64,000 nucleotides of DNA from Balanoglossus misakiensis. Lineage: Eukaryota > Animalia > Hemichordata. This document shows positions 14,000 through 28,387 of the stretch, in pieces (positions within the stretch are counted from its first letter, which is position 1; every line of letters starts with the position of its first letter). The position numbers and the translations under genes were made by a program. A model generated the notes under the pieces. It did not search any database, had not been told where the DNA came from, and saw only the letters and a program-made list of their open reading frames with translations. Where the stretch lies: assembly GCA_040954595.2 (NCBI GenBank), contig CM082597.2:6597849-6661848 (forward strand). The letters are read 5' to 3'.

Positions 14000-14734
14000 G
14001 GTGGCATTGCATGAAAAGTTGTGATTTTTGCCAAATTTTACTTTTTTACATAAATCAGTAGGCCTAATACTGACCCACACCCTGACTAATACGTCTTGGC
14101 GGAAATGGTGCATAATCACCCCAAAATAGCACTTTTCTGAATGAGTTCACAGCTTAACAAATAGGTGTCAACAATGCAAATGGCCGTTTTTCTCAGTTTG
14201 CATTTTCGCTGCTCTTGACAACTTCAGACGAAAATAGCTTTGCTCTGCGTTGGCCGAATTTGCTCAAATTTTAACTGGGGATTGTGTATGACCCATCCAA
14301 CAAAACGGTATTTTTGTTAGTCGATAAAGTGTCCCTGGCAGGAATAAACTCTGATTCAATACAACTCACCGTGAATTTGATCAAATTTTACTTAAAATCT
14401 AACTTTCAAACGCTGTTACTCCTCAATGGAAGCAGATAACGCAAAACAAAATTACCGTTTTTTTTGCACGTGTACTCTAGTTTCGAATGACATATTAATA
14501 TGCATGATGCATGGTCAACTTTTTTACCTATTTTAAATTTCATGACATAATATCAAAAAATGTTTTTTTTCACCCAAAATCGCCACCATTTCCGGGGATC
14601 AATAATATTTGCAACTCAAACAAAAGTTCAAAATCTCAGCTTCCAGAATATATATGGTTTATGGGGGTTTTAACATTGTCTTTGATGAGAAATAGGCCTC
14701 TGAAAAAGTCGCGACGGTTTCATGCAATGCCACC
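14000..14734. mobile_element. Kolobok-like non-autonomous element, 17-bp perfect TIR, TTAA TSD
   Basis: TTAA|GGTGGCATTGCATGAAA...TTTCATGCAATGCCACC|TTAA. Confidence 0.8.
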
Positions 14735-16482
14735 TTAATCACTTCCATATCAGCGTATTTGAATTTGGCATGAGTGACTGTTATTACTAAAGTATCCTGA
14801 GTTGTGATTGATGACAATGTGTAGCGAAATGCATCTGCCTGATTTGCGTGTAGGCCTAAAACACCACTGGCAAAACCTGGATTATCGGCATATCACCTAT
14901 CCAGAGCATGCCACGCCCGTGAATGTAAGCCTCATGCCTCACTGATACAGAAGATACTGTAGGCTATGCCATATGTTACGGATCTGCGAATGAAGACACA
15001 GTCACGGTACTTGATAGACGAATAACAGTGTCATCAGCGTCTATGCTGCTTTTTTACTGTGAATGTTGGAATGTTGAGCTGTTAAAAAGTGTATAACCCC
15101 CAGATATGTTGTTTTGGTCAAGAATTGAGGCTATGATTTAAGGAATCATCTGTCGTTAGAAAATGTTCACGTGACTGATCTCTGTGCGTGTAGTATGATA
15201 TCTTATGGGTCACACCCATATCATTGTTTGCTGGCATCTGTCTGGCTAATGCAGTGGCAAAACTATCGATGGATGAGTAAGTCAGGCCGTACCGTGTGCC
15301 ACATCAGTTCCTGAATGACGAAACTGAGAAGGTCAGATTTCAAACGACAAGACAACAGAAATTTTGACAGGACAATTTATAATTAGTATGGGTGATGTCG
15401 CCTGATGTTTTGATAAATAAATTCCGGGTTGGTAAGGGAGGGGGTCACCTGAAATGTCTGTGTTAGAAGAGGTCGGTTACTCAGATTCCGCTTGTTTGTT
15501 TGTCTGAGGGGTTAATCCAAATTTTATGATTTTCTAGTGATATTCCTCCATCATTATATACCCCCGGGGGGTATATAATGACGACCCCTTAAATCATACA
15601 CCTGTTCGCTGTAGTGTCCATGTGTAGGGACTGTTGGCCCATAGTGTGAAAATGTTTCTTAGATTCGATCATGGTGTACTTCATGGACACTCCTGTCTAA
15701 TAAAGGAGAATATTTCGAAACGCCTTTTTTGTAAAGAGGGCACCCTTCCAAGATGACGCGAAAACGAGACCAGTAGGCCATGGGATGTAAATGTTATCGT
15801 CTTGTGTATTGTCGATATAGTTAGGAAATGTTGAATTATAATTTTTACCATCAAATTGTATCATATATACAACAAACCCGACGATCTCCAGCAGTAGTCC
15901 GTGGCTTGCTGGCCTCGTTTTCGCTTCGTCTGCTTGGAGATAACGCCCTGTTTAGGAAGTGTGCCGCTATGAAAAATTTTAAGATTATCAGTGGGGAAAT
16001 TTTCACATTATTGGAAATCTTTTGAAGTCTCAAACCAAACGGCACATACAGAGAATTTGGAACTAACAAGTATAATCCGTGCACGTTGTTCGCACATAAA
16101 ATTACTACCCCTCTGACTAGTATGTTCAACACAGCTTGAAGAAATGAGAGCCAACGGCATTAGATTACATTGCAAGTTTTTTGTTGGTCATATTCCTGAC
16201 CAAATGCATCGTTCAAATGTAAACGTTTATTGGTGTATACCAAAACTCGGCGATTTGACACTAGCTTAGAGAGCATGAATCACAATTAACATGATTAAAC
16301 ATCCATTACTATTGGGTATTGGACAGGCATTTTCATCTCTGTTTTGCATAGTTTAGGCCAATCACAATCAAACACATTTCATAGTAATTATATCTCCAAA
16401 GTAGCTATGATCGTACTGGGAGTTAATACTTGCATCTTTGTAGGCCTACCCGTCAGTGCATGTAGCTCGGCAAACCGTAGAC

Positions 16483-19400
16483 ATGTACTGCCTGATATTT
16501 TTGATTTTACTGATCCCAGCTGCGGCTGTGGGTGAAGGTTTCCCACATGAAGGTATGACGACAAATTCTTTGAATTTTCCCAGTTAACCTTCATGGATTT
16601 TTTTTTCATTATTTGCTGACACTAACTTGACACTTCCTGACTTCAAACGTTTTGATTCGATGTAAGCTGTGCCGGGCTGGGAATGTTTCAACAATCATGG
16701 AGCCACTTATCCATTCATGTCAACAGGTTCCCCTTGTTGGGTAGCACCGGCAATGAGGACCTTGTGCGGACAATCGATTTCGACAAAGGAAGGGTGCCAT
16801 GAGTTAAACTGCTGTTGGGATGATCTGATCGAATTGTGTTACCGAAAGACTGGTTTACGTAAGTCAGGCATTTTGCTCGGTGTTTGTTATCATAGACATT
16901 CATTCATTTATCATTGACTTTCCCTTTGGTGCATTAAGTATGTACGATCAGTAAAATTCAAAGAATTGTCGTTTCTTTTAAGTGTGGATTTTTGGTTATT
17001 CCTTTCGTTAGCGTGATACAAATATGTAAAAATATAGGGGTTATGGGGTGTAATTCATGCCAGACTTAGCTACCAGCTTTTCGATGAGACTATTTTCGCT
17101 ACAAGTTGGATTGCAACACTACTTGCTAGTTTTCGACATTACTCATTGTTTACAACTGTATGCCAGACGCCCTAGTTCACTGAAGAGTTTTATGGCCTTG
17201 ATTGAGACTTCGATAAAAGAAGTCGAAGGGTGCATGACATAATTCTATAGGCCTAGTATATTCTTAGGTCTAGTGGGGTGTGCTGAGGGGGTCTTATACC
17301 ACAGGGGGCTCTCCCTCCGCGATTTGTTTGTTTGTTTGTTGTTATTGATTGGCAGAATAAAACTAATATGGTCAGGTTGGTTGACATGTTAGGTATATTC
17401 AACGGTCAGGGTTAGAGTGTATTCAACAGTTAGAGTAAGTGTTAGCATTTTTTCGATCCACGGCACTCCCAAGATTCCAAAAACTCTTTAGTGAACTAGG
17501 GTGTCTGGCATCCGATTGGAAGCAGAATGGGTAATATCAAAAACTGGGAAAGAATTTTTTGCAATCTAAGTTGTTTTTTCGCCAGTGGTTTGTCCATGGG
17601 CATAGCAATTAAATAAAAAAAATAAAAATACACGAATGAATGAACAAACGAAATAGCGAGCGAACGAAAGAAAGAATGAATGAATGAATACTCCCTGATA
17701 GACATTCACTCTGAACTTCCAGGTACGTACAACGTTGCTATGCATTGTCGAATAACGATGTGGGGCTTAAACTCATGGGCATTGAATGATGGTAGAACAC
17801 CCAGTAATACGGATCTCCACCTGCTTCGGGGTGCTGCAGCGGAGTTCTTCAAGGGTGCCACAGACGCCTTGCCTATATTTACATCTCGTATAGACTATGA
17901 CAAAGGACACATTCCTGACTGTTTTGCTACAACACAAACATCTGTACGGATATTCTTTCCTGTAGAATTACCAGTTGAAAGCGTCAGACTTTTTCACAAG
18001 CAACTACAAGGTGAGAATTATGATGAAGTATCTCTGAGGCAGTAGTTTGCCAAGGTAATTGAGCGGACTTATTAAAGCTGGCTCAAATCACATGCACGAA
18101 ATGTCTTTTTTTTTTAAACAGTAGTCAGATGAACTAGTTATTGAATATAACGCGGTAGAAACAACTCGTTCTTGTCATCGAAATTGTTATGTGTCGTATA
18201 GAATGACTGGAATAAATTTATTTTTACTTCAAGATATACGTCTGACTGTGCAGGACGATCACGGTCGGTTATGTGGTGCGAATTTTGGTGATGGCAGAAG
18301 ATATTATGATGATGATTACATAACCCATGACAGTGAAAATGGCATTACGACATCACACGTCTTCTGCAGAAAGAATCAAACGGAGGAGTTCACTGCCAAT
18401 AAATTGGAATTGCACGTTATATATCCGTATGATGCTAGGGATAAGGTTATATTGGTGTATGAAATCGAAGTTTACACGATTTATAGTGAGTATATATACC
18501 TTTTGTCTATCCTGCCCAGCAACTACACGTGACTACAAATCTCTTTGGAGGGTATGAGGATGAATTTAACTTTGCAGCATTCTACATATGTCAGATCCTC
18601 AGACCCAAGATGTTGCCACTTTCTGCACTTTTTAAGGATTGATCCATTTATATAACCTTACTGAAGAATATACACAATTTTTAGCTCTGCTGTCACTTGT
18701 GTCAGCCGAGCTGTAGCAGTAGGTTGATAAGTGTCCGTCCCGCATCCGTCGTCCGTCAACTTTTGGTATTTCAATCTTCTTCTTTTAATCAACTTGGTAT
18801 ATTTAGCTGAAATTTGGTTGGAATGTGTGTTATGGTGCCCTTACCTGATTTTGTTAATTTGGATTTGATGGGGTCATGAATATGCAAATTAGATCTAAAA
18901 ATACAAGTTTTGGTAAAAATCTTCTTCTCCACAACTACATGTACAATGGAGCTGAAATTTGGTAGGAATGTGTGTTATGGTGCCCCTACCCGATTTTGTT
19001 AATTTGGATTTGATGGGGTCATGAATATGCAAATTAGATCTAAAAATAGAATTTTTGGTCAAAAATCTTCTCCAGAACTACATGTACGATGGAGCCGAAA
19101 TTCGGTAGGAATGTGTGTTATGGTGTCCCTACCTGATGTTGTTAATTTGGATTTGATCGGGTCATGAATATGCACATTAGATCTAAAAATAGAATAGAAA
19201 TTTTGGTCAAAAATCCTATTCTCCATAACTACATGTACGATGGAGCTGAAATTTGGTATAATCACTTTCACAAACAGCTAATCACAATAATTATATGCTC
19301 AATACTTTGTACATGTATGTACACAAACAACAAAGCAACGTGCTCACCCATACAATTGTTATGAATTAAAACCTTGGGTATTCATATCATTGCCCAGGTT

Positions 19401-22400
19401 ACACTGTTAAAGTCAGCAGAGCTCTTTTGACCGACAGGTCACTTGTTTGATATATTATTATTAATAATCTCCGATTCTAATTGTATGGTTGACTGTAAAC
19501 AAGTTAAAAAACAAACTGGCGCCATACCGGTGTTCAACCGCCCATTGCAAGAGTGCACTTCAACAGTGGTATGCTCGCGTGAGTGTTAGAACCATCTGTC
19601 GCTTTATGACAGAGGACAGATTAAAGCATTTTAACGTTTAAAATATACAAAATGTCACCTCTTTAATGACTCAAGTTTGCTTTTTTGTTCTTAAGATAAA
19701 CCTGACATGTCCATGTGTTCTGAAAATCCATGCTTACACGGCGGAACATGCGTGCCTTTTGAATATCAGTTCCGATGTCTCTGTCGCCTTGGTTACAGTG
19801 GTATGAGATGTGAGGCCCGTAAGTACAATTTACATTGACAAATTTGGTCTAATTTGGATCATAATTTAATATTTTTGACTTGCGAATATAACTTTGATTT
19901 TATACCCAGCCAATGTGACTAAGGGTTGGATACTGTACTGTTTTGTTTTGTTTTGTTTTGTTTTGTTTTGTTTTGTTTTGTTTTGTTTTGTTTTGTTTTG
20001 TTTTGTTTTGTTTTGTTTTGTTTTGTTTTGTTTTGTTTTGTTTTGTTTTGTTTTGTTTTGTTTTGTTTTGTTTTGTTTTGTTTTGTTTTGTTTTGTTTTG
20101 TTTTGTTTTGTTTTGTTTTGTTTTGTTTTGTTTTGTTTTGTTTTGTTTTGTTTTGTTTTGTTTTGTTTTGTTTTGTTTTGTTTTGTTTTGTTTTGTTTTG
20201 TTTTGTTTTGTTTTGTTTTGTTTTGTTTTGTTTTGTTTTGTTTTGTTTTGTTTTGTTTTGTTTTGTTTTGTTTTGTTTTGTTTTGTTTTGTTTTGTTTTG
20301 TTTTGTTTTGTTTTGTTTTGTTTTGTTTTGTTTTGTTTTGTTTTGTTTTGTTTTGTTTTGTTTTGTTTTGTTTTGTTTTGTTTTGTTTTGTTTTGTTTTG
20401 TTTTGTTTTGTTTTGTTTTGTTTTGTTTTGTTTTGTTTTGTTTTGTTTTGTTTTGTTTTGTTTTGTTTTGTTTTGTTTTGTTTTGTTTTGTTTTGTTTTG
20501 TTGCACCTCATTATCTCATAACACTGCTTCACAGTCAGTGCTTCTTACCATATCTTATAGCAATAGCCCTCGTGGTACATGGAGATTATTTTCCTTATGA
20601 AATGGAAGACGTGTGTTCACGATTTGGTGCTGAAGTAGCGACCCTGCAGCGAGCCAGACTTGCCTGGTATTTTGGTCTTGAAACCTGTGGCTTTTATTTA
20701 ATACGTGGTAGAAAATCTGTTTCTATGCACCTTAAACTTGCTTTCTCCAACTGCTACAAGGATGACAGCACACAATTTTATGTTATTGACCATAGTCCTG
20801 GAATTCCGGCACCAGTCATATGTTCCCCAACAGAATATGGTAAGTTGCTTTTTAAATAACTAATAATACTTCAGGACCTAACAAACAAACAAACAAACAA
20901 AACACCTAACCAAACCGCACCAAAAATAAAAAATAAGTGGACAGATAGATAGATAGACTTTCTGAAAAAAGCTTTCAACACGATTTGAACTATTTGGGGA
21001 TAATTGCATGGTAATAACTCTCAGCACAGTACATGTAGACTACACACACGACATTTTTATCATTGTTTATTCTTTTGGTCAAACAATAACAGAAATACCG
21101 CATTCTCCCAAAGTACAATGAATACTAAACGTTTTGTACACATTTTATTGATATGCAATTATCCCAAAATAGTTCCAATCGTGGTTTTTTCACTATTTGC
21201 ATATCAAACACATATTTCTTCGATACAGACCCTATAGCTCTGCTCATATTACATTTATTGCTCAGAAAGAATCAACGATACTCCATATATTCTAGTCATT
21301 GCCTTGCAGTTTCAATCCAAGCTTTGGTAACGGCGTAAGGTAGAATGCGACCCGGGGCAGATTCTTAGAAAATGATAGCCCTCCAAATCTTCCAATTCTT
21401 TACTACAATTTTTCATGGGTTATAGCTCATGAAAACTGTCAACAGATGACACATTTTCGACTTTGCTCCTGATTGTTAATCAACTGAAGCAAAGAACAAA
21501 CAATAGCTATGCAAAACTCCTAGTCTGTCGCCCAGTGACACGAATTGAAAGATGGTATCACCCACACCAAGTTGGTCGGAAGTTGGTCCTGGCGCTTTTT
21601 CCCATGATTCAAATTATAGTAAACGCCATATTGGAAATTCTGCCATCTTTCCGTCGTTTTTGTAGAAAATCGAGCGACTAATACATGGCGAAAATGTTTT
21701 TTTTTCCTGAAAGAGTGCCTCAAAGCTACCAAAGTACGTAAAAATCAGCTAGACCGGATTTCCCCTTTAAAGACAAAGAAGAAAACTGGGTTTTCACTGA
21801 CTTGTCTTTCTCCGTAGACTTAACTCAGAGATTGGCGGCCATTTTGAATTTGAAATTTGAGATAATCTGCCTTGTTTAATTGACACCGCTCTTTATCTTA
21901 TTCTGTAGGTGTCGAAAACAACTGTAGACCAGTAGGTGTTGCCAACCTCGACTATGACATTGGTGTGCGACGTAGCTCAGTACCACCTGGGGAGTTACGT
22001 GGGTATACTGAAGGGGTTTATGTCACTCCCTCTTTCCTGAAACATCTTCGTACGATGTCTGGATTTATCTGGACCTCGTCCGCCACAACAAGAGCATTGG
22101 TATTCTTTCAACTTCCGGAAATCTACCTCATATCTGGAGTAGGCCACGGTGTAGTTCAAACTTTCGATGACAAGTATTCTCTTCAAATCTTTCAAATACA
22201 GTACAGTCTAGATGGAGAAACATTTTATCCTGTCAGGAATGGAAAATTCAAGGAAGTAAGTAGTCTCGACTTATCTACGGTAAACATGTACTACTAGTAG
22301 GTCGTTTGAGGGCGTTCTGCATGTGAACATCGACAGTGATGTCGCTCTGTGTCAGTTACTGAAAATCCATAGTTTTTCAGATAGTTTTTTCGGACAATTT

Positions 22401-25400
22401 TTTTGTGAAGGACTGCATAAGACTAGCCGAACCTCTGGAAGCAAATGTGTGGCCCAGTAAGATGTTTACAATGGTGTATCTACCGAAAATGGTGATTTTT
22501 GAACGAGTAACAATTCTAGCAGCAATATTCTGAACGCGTTGAATACGGTTGATTGAATACTTCGGGAGCCCAAATAAAAGTGAATTACATGAATCAATTC
22601 GAGAAGTAATGAATGCATGAACTAATTGCTCTGTAGCAGATTGAGATAAATATTTGCGGATAAGCGCAATGCGACGTAAATGAAAAGTGGCAGAGCGGCA
22701 GATCTGTCCAATAGGTGGCTTCATTGTCAGACAAGAGCCAAGGATCACTCCAAGGCTCTTAGCCTAACAGTGGACAGGAATCAGAGAATCGCCAACACGA
22801 ATTTCTGAAATCCCCCTAGCAGACAGATCACCCGAAGTACCAGAGAAAATAACAAATTCAGTCTTATCATCGTTTAAGCACAAGAAGTTTTCAGACATCC
22901 AAAACCTAACATCGGATATACAAAGTTCAAGATTTGAAACAGTTCTTGCTGCGTTGTCTTTACTAAAAGACATATAAAGTGAAGAGTCATCTGCATAAAA
23001 ACTATAAAGACAAGATCTGACTTTGCAAGAGATATTACGGAAAACTTCATTTCATTTAATAGCATGAAGTAAGCGAAATCTTACTCTTTACAGAAAAGCT
23101 GTGATCCTGAAGACTTTTGGTGTTTTGAAGCTTATTTTCACTTTATCATTTTATTCTTTGATTTTGGGGGTTCAAAAATACACAAAATAACATGTCAAAA
23201 TAGAACTGCTGACTATCATCAAGGTGCGATTAAAATTATCGATAACATGAGCAATACAAAGCACTTCAAGCGACTTCATCAAAACGCTTTCCGAAGGACA
23301 AGTATTGGATGAAAAGTTTGAAACAGTTTTTGATTTTGATTCCTAACATCTATCTATGTACATGCAACCTAGACATACATGTAGTTAGTTTCTATAGTAA
23401 CTTTAACAAACCAATCGACTGTGATGATACTGGCTTTCTGCCACCACTTTATGGGGAAGTGATTCTTTATTTGCATGAATCATTTGATGAAGATAAAATA
23501 GAAAAGCTAGATTTTGCACTGATTCAAACTGGTCAGATCAATTTATAAGGTTGAGAAACAAGATGCCGTTTTTTCCTGGGTTGACTAAATTTGGAATTTT
23601 GTTCATCAAAGATATTTTTATGGGGAAAATAACGAATCAACTGAGCTTTACTTGTTAAACTTTTATCACAAAATGCCCAAATGTTATGGTTATACAGTGT
23701 TTTAACTAAGTTTGTTGTAACCGGGGTTATTAAAAAACTTGAATTTCTTTAGCGACTGAATCTCGATCCTGTATTTACCCCTATAACTAGTTTAGTGATG
23801 ATATATATTTTGAAAATTACTCTTTGAGCAGTATTGGCGGCCATATTGAAAAAAATGAAAAAATGGTTGCCATGGAAACTCATCAACAGATATTGTGGCT
23901 CGCTATATGAATTTGTTTAGTACACATTAACACACATCTGAGCCAAGTACGACACCCACGTTGATTAAATATACATGTATATATGTTGCCTCACTGACAC
24001 AATCTTCACTTTGCACACAGTATTCTATATAAAAACGTAATAAAAATACACATTACTCTTTACTTATGAAGAGAAATTGTTGTTAGAGACCGGGTTTCAA
24101 AAAAACACCGATGACGTCGGGCCATCAGTGTGCATTCAACGTCTTATAACTAAGCATGAATATACGGTGCTGGCATAATGTGAGTGTGGCCATACGATGC
24201 TTTCGCTATTAATAAACAACTTGTACATTAACAAATACTAGTTTTGTTGGCAAAAAGTATGTTTTTGGCTTTTCACAACATTGAACATACATTCATAGTT
24301 CAATAACTTGTGAATTGTGGACCTAAACGTTCATACGTTCAATGTTCTGGTGTTTTTTAACGGAGCGATCGGTCACGATGTTACCAGCGAGCATGTACAG
24401 TCTAAACTAAACCCTCGTTGTGTATGTTTGTTTGTTTGTTTGTTTGTTTGTTTGTTTGTTTGTTTGTTTGTTTGTTTGTTTTTGTTGCTTTTTACATGCT
24501 ATTACATACAAATATGAAAAGTTTCATTTCAGTTATTCATTAAAATGCAAACACATGTCAAAAAACATATGAATAGACACCTCACAGGCCATAGTCGTAT
24601 CATTAGCTTTCAGTTGTCAATTTTAGCATGACATCATGACTAATTAAGCTAATTTTGCATATTTTCCATGCTGCACCTTGTCTGACAAGGTAACCGATTG
24701 CATATTTGAATTCCTTGACCCTGAAAACATTGGAATAGACACCTCACTTAACACCGTTAGCTCTCATTTGTAGACCATTGATTTTAGATGGGCGTGTCGC
24801 CTAATTAACATAAATTAGCATTTTTACCAAATCACCAAATGTTTCTAAATTAATTTTTTTTAAATATTTAAATGAATATCAAAAAATGATTTCAATAGAC
24901 TATTATGGTGTTGACCTGTGATATTGCACCATAATGGCTACAAACAGCGTTTTCTTTTAGGTATTTTGAAATTATGACGTAAAAAATTAATTTGCCATTT
25001 TCGACATGAAAACGTGAAAAGAATTTTTTGGGAATAGGCAAATTCGAAATCAGCGTATTCGAAATATCCAAAAACAACTTGTTCCCAGCTTGTACCAAAA
25101 AATGCCTGACATGCTTTTAAAATGCTCATTTTCTGAAATTTCCACCTGACTATAAGTAAAATTTTTACATTTATTTTAACAGACAGACTTGTACATTGGT
25201 TTGATGAGTTCAATGAAATTGTGGAACCTCAGAGTGGATTCAGAAAGAAAAGAAATACTTTGGATAACATTTTTATTTTACGTACACTTATTGAAAAGTA
25301 TGTTTTCCATTTAAAGAGTCGCCTATATTGTGCCTTTATAGACTACGAAAAAGCATTCGACAGGGTTCATCATTATTCACTTTTCTATAAACTAGCCATG

Positions 25401-28228
25401 ACAGGCATGAGGGGTAAACTTTTGTCTTCTTTATACGCTATGTATTCGCATGTTAAAGCAGCAGTTAAAACTCTTCATGGGGTGACCATTTTTTTATATT
25501 AATATAGGAGTCCAACAAGGTTTTGTTATTTCCCCCTTTTGTTTTGCTTCTACATTAATGATATTGAAGACGCTCTTACACAAGGTAGAGAAACTGTTGT
25601 CTTTGCCAACACAGTAAAATTGCTGTATTTACTCTATGCTGATGATCTTGCTTTACTTAGCAGCACTCCCGTTGGTCTACAGCGTTTGCTGAATAGACTG
25701 GCAGACTATTGTAAAAAGTGGAGACTCACTTTTAATCTTAACAAAACAAAAATTATTGTTTTCCGTAAGGCTGGAAGTTTGTAGAAAAGTAAAAAATTGT
25801 GTTTGAATGGGAAAAAGATAGAAGTTGTTTCTAAATATAACTATCTGGGTGTAATATTTTCCAGTTCTGGAATTTGGTTTCAAGCTCAAAAATATATTTC
25901 AGAACAAGCCAGGAAAGCTCTTTACTTAGTACAAAGTAGCCTCTGTAAAGTAGACGGAATACAACCAGACATTGCTTTCAGAGTTTTCGATTGTAAAACA
26001 TTGCCAATCCTTCTTTATGGCAGTGCAATTTGGGGGACAAATGATTTTATAGATGTGGAAAAGATTCATCATAGATTGTGTAAGTTTCTTTTGGGTGTAC
26101 GTATAAATACAACAAACTCAGCGGTTCGGGGAGAACTTGGAAGGTATCCCATTCGCATACAAATTTATATACAAATATTACGATTTTGGTTCAAATGTGT
26201 TAATCCAACTTCACCAAAAATAGTCACACACTGTTATAAATACCAATATAATAGGGCTTAAAAGGGTTATAAATACTGGGGGCTGTTTGTGAAAAATTTA
26301 CTTTGTAATTATGGTTTTGCTGAGATATGGGCTTACCAAGACTCAGTAAATGGAGAACTCTTTTTACCTCTGTTCAAACAAAGATGTCAAGATATTTCAA
26401 TACAGGAATGGCAATCTGAAAAAAGATGTAGCCCAAAACTGAGTACTTACTGTATGTTTAAAAATAAGTTTTCATGCGAGAAATATTTGGAATGTATTTC
26501 AGACACAGTCAATAGATTCGCATTGTCTCGTTTTAGATTATCATCACATAATTTAAACATTGAACAGGGAAGAAAACATGGGGTTCCACGCGAAAAAAGA
26601 CGTTGTCCTTTTCAATCTTGTGATTCTGTACAAGATGAGTTTCAATTTTTATTTGTGTGCCCAGTATATCGTTGTATTAGAGAGAGATTTATCCCCACAT
26701 TCTTCTATGACACACCCCATGAGTGGAATTAAATTTACTTTATTACTTCAGTCAAACAAACCATACACAGTACAAAATCTTGCCAGATACATCTTTTATG
26801 CTTTTAAACAGCGACATAAACTCTTGGATGATGATCTAGAGTAAAACTGTACGAGGAACGAACCCTCAAGCGTCTGTAAATGTTGATATCTTTTTTTGTT
26901 GTGTACAATATGGCCGGTGGCCAATAGTACTGAATAAGTGCATTATAGTAGGATGTTTATGTATGTTTATAACCTAAAGTTTTTGAGTTTTATTGGGGCT
27001 TTAAAGTATGATGGAATGTGTAACATTTATTGTTAGTAAAACACATGTCAATAGTCATAATTTTAGTGATTAAAACTGAACAACGAATTAGAATAAAGCT
27101 TTCAACAGTCTAAGAGATGTCGACAGAAAATGAAAAAAAAATGAATTTCGTATCCTGCTCTTTCAGGTTTTTCTGGTTAACAATGCAGGGAGGAAACCAG
27201 GTTTTCACTCCATATATCCACCGGTAAGGGCTCGTTTCATTAGTATTATAGCTTACCGCAGGCATGGTGACAAGATTGGAGGTGAAATTGAATTGTGTGG
27301 ACGAAAATTTAACGAAAGCTACGGTACCGACGAAGAGGGTAGGTCATAACTCTGCATTATTAAATAAGTATGCGCCTCGATTATGAAGGTGTTACACTTT
27401 ATTTTCTAAATTTCTGCTCTGTTCCACACTGTAGCTCGATCAGCTCGAACTTATCGATACGTTTTCAGTATTTCTGTTTGTATACGCACTGCAGTGTCTT
27501 GTTCAAATACCTTAAGCATGATGAAATGCCCGGTATATTGTTATTGGGAAACATTTGAAAGGTATACACTCACCTCCAATTTACATACGCCCATATATGG
27601 CTGAAATAGCGTATGTGAGAGTTCTAAAGAACATATGGTGGCGCTCTTTTTTTCGCGTGTGCCACCCACTGAAAATATGTGATTGGCTAGATTTCAATTT
27701 GCCATGGTAACTGCAGCTATATTTCCATAGGTGACCGTATACCTTTAAAGTCCAGACTAAATTCATTTGTGAGCAATTGAAATTGCTATTTCACACATAC
27801 ATGGTATGTCGACGAGTGGAGTACTGGGTAATATAAGCATGCTGTTTAAAATACCGAAAATAAAGCCAAAAGTTACGTACAGCTAATGTCAATATTAAAT
27901 ATGGTAAAAACTTTCAGCTGAATCGAGGAGTTTTCCCTTCTACAAAAGACCAAACCGACTGCCAATGCCTCTAAGAGACCCAGAAGGATTTAAAAATATA
28001 AGAATATACAGCCCAGAGTCTTTAGAAGAATGCGTGGCATTATGCTTGGGAGAGTTGCATTTCAATTGTAGTTATTTCTCTTACGGGGGAGGAATATGCT
28101 TGTATGGGTTGATGCCCATTTGGAAATACACTGAACAAGATTTGCTTCGAAATTCATATGGCACTGATTACTACATACGACTTACAAAAGGTACGTAGTC
28201 TGTCTGTCTCTTGTTATATGTATGTATG

Positions 28229-28262
<34 letters not shown>

Positions 28263-28356
28263 TGTATGTATGTATGTATGTATGTACGTACGTACGTACG
28301 TACGTACGTACGTACGTACGTACGTATGTATGTATGTATGTATGTATGTATGTATG

Positions 28357-28387
<31 letters not shown>

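Noticed and set aside
16144-16218. Alternative first exon for the GPCR
   Set aside because: The hydrophobic stretch is not in frame with the ATG and the phase does not fit; ATG 16483 gives a clean signal peptide and donor.
19894-20600. Long ORFs of FCFVL / KTKQN repeats
   Set aside because: Artefacts of the (GTTTT)n microsatellite; only 20561-20839 is a plausible exon.
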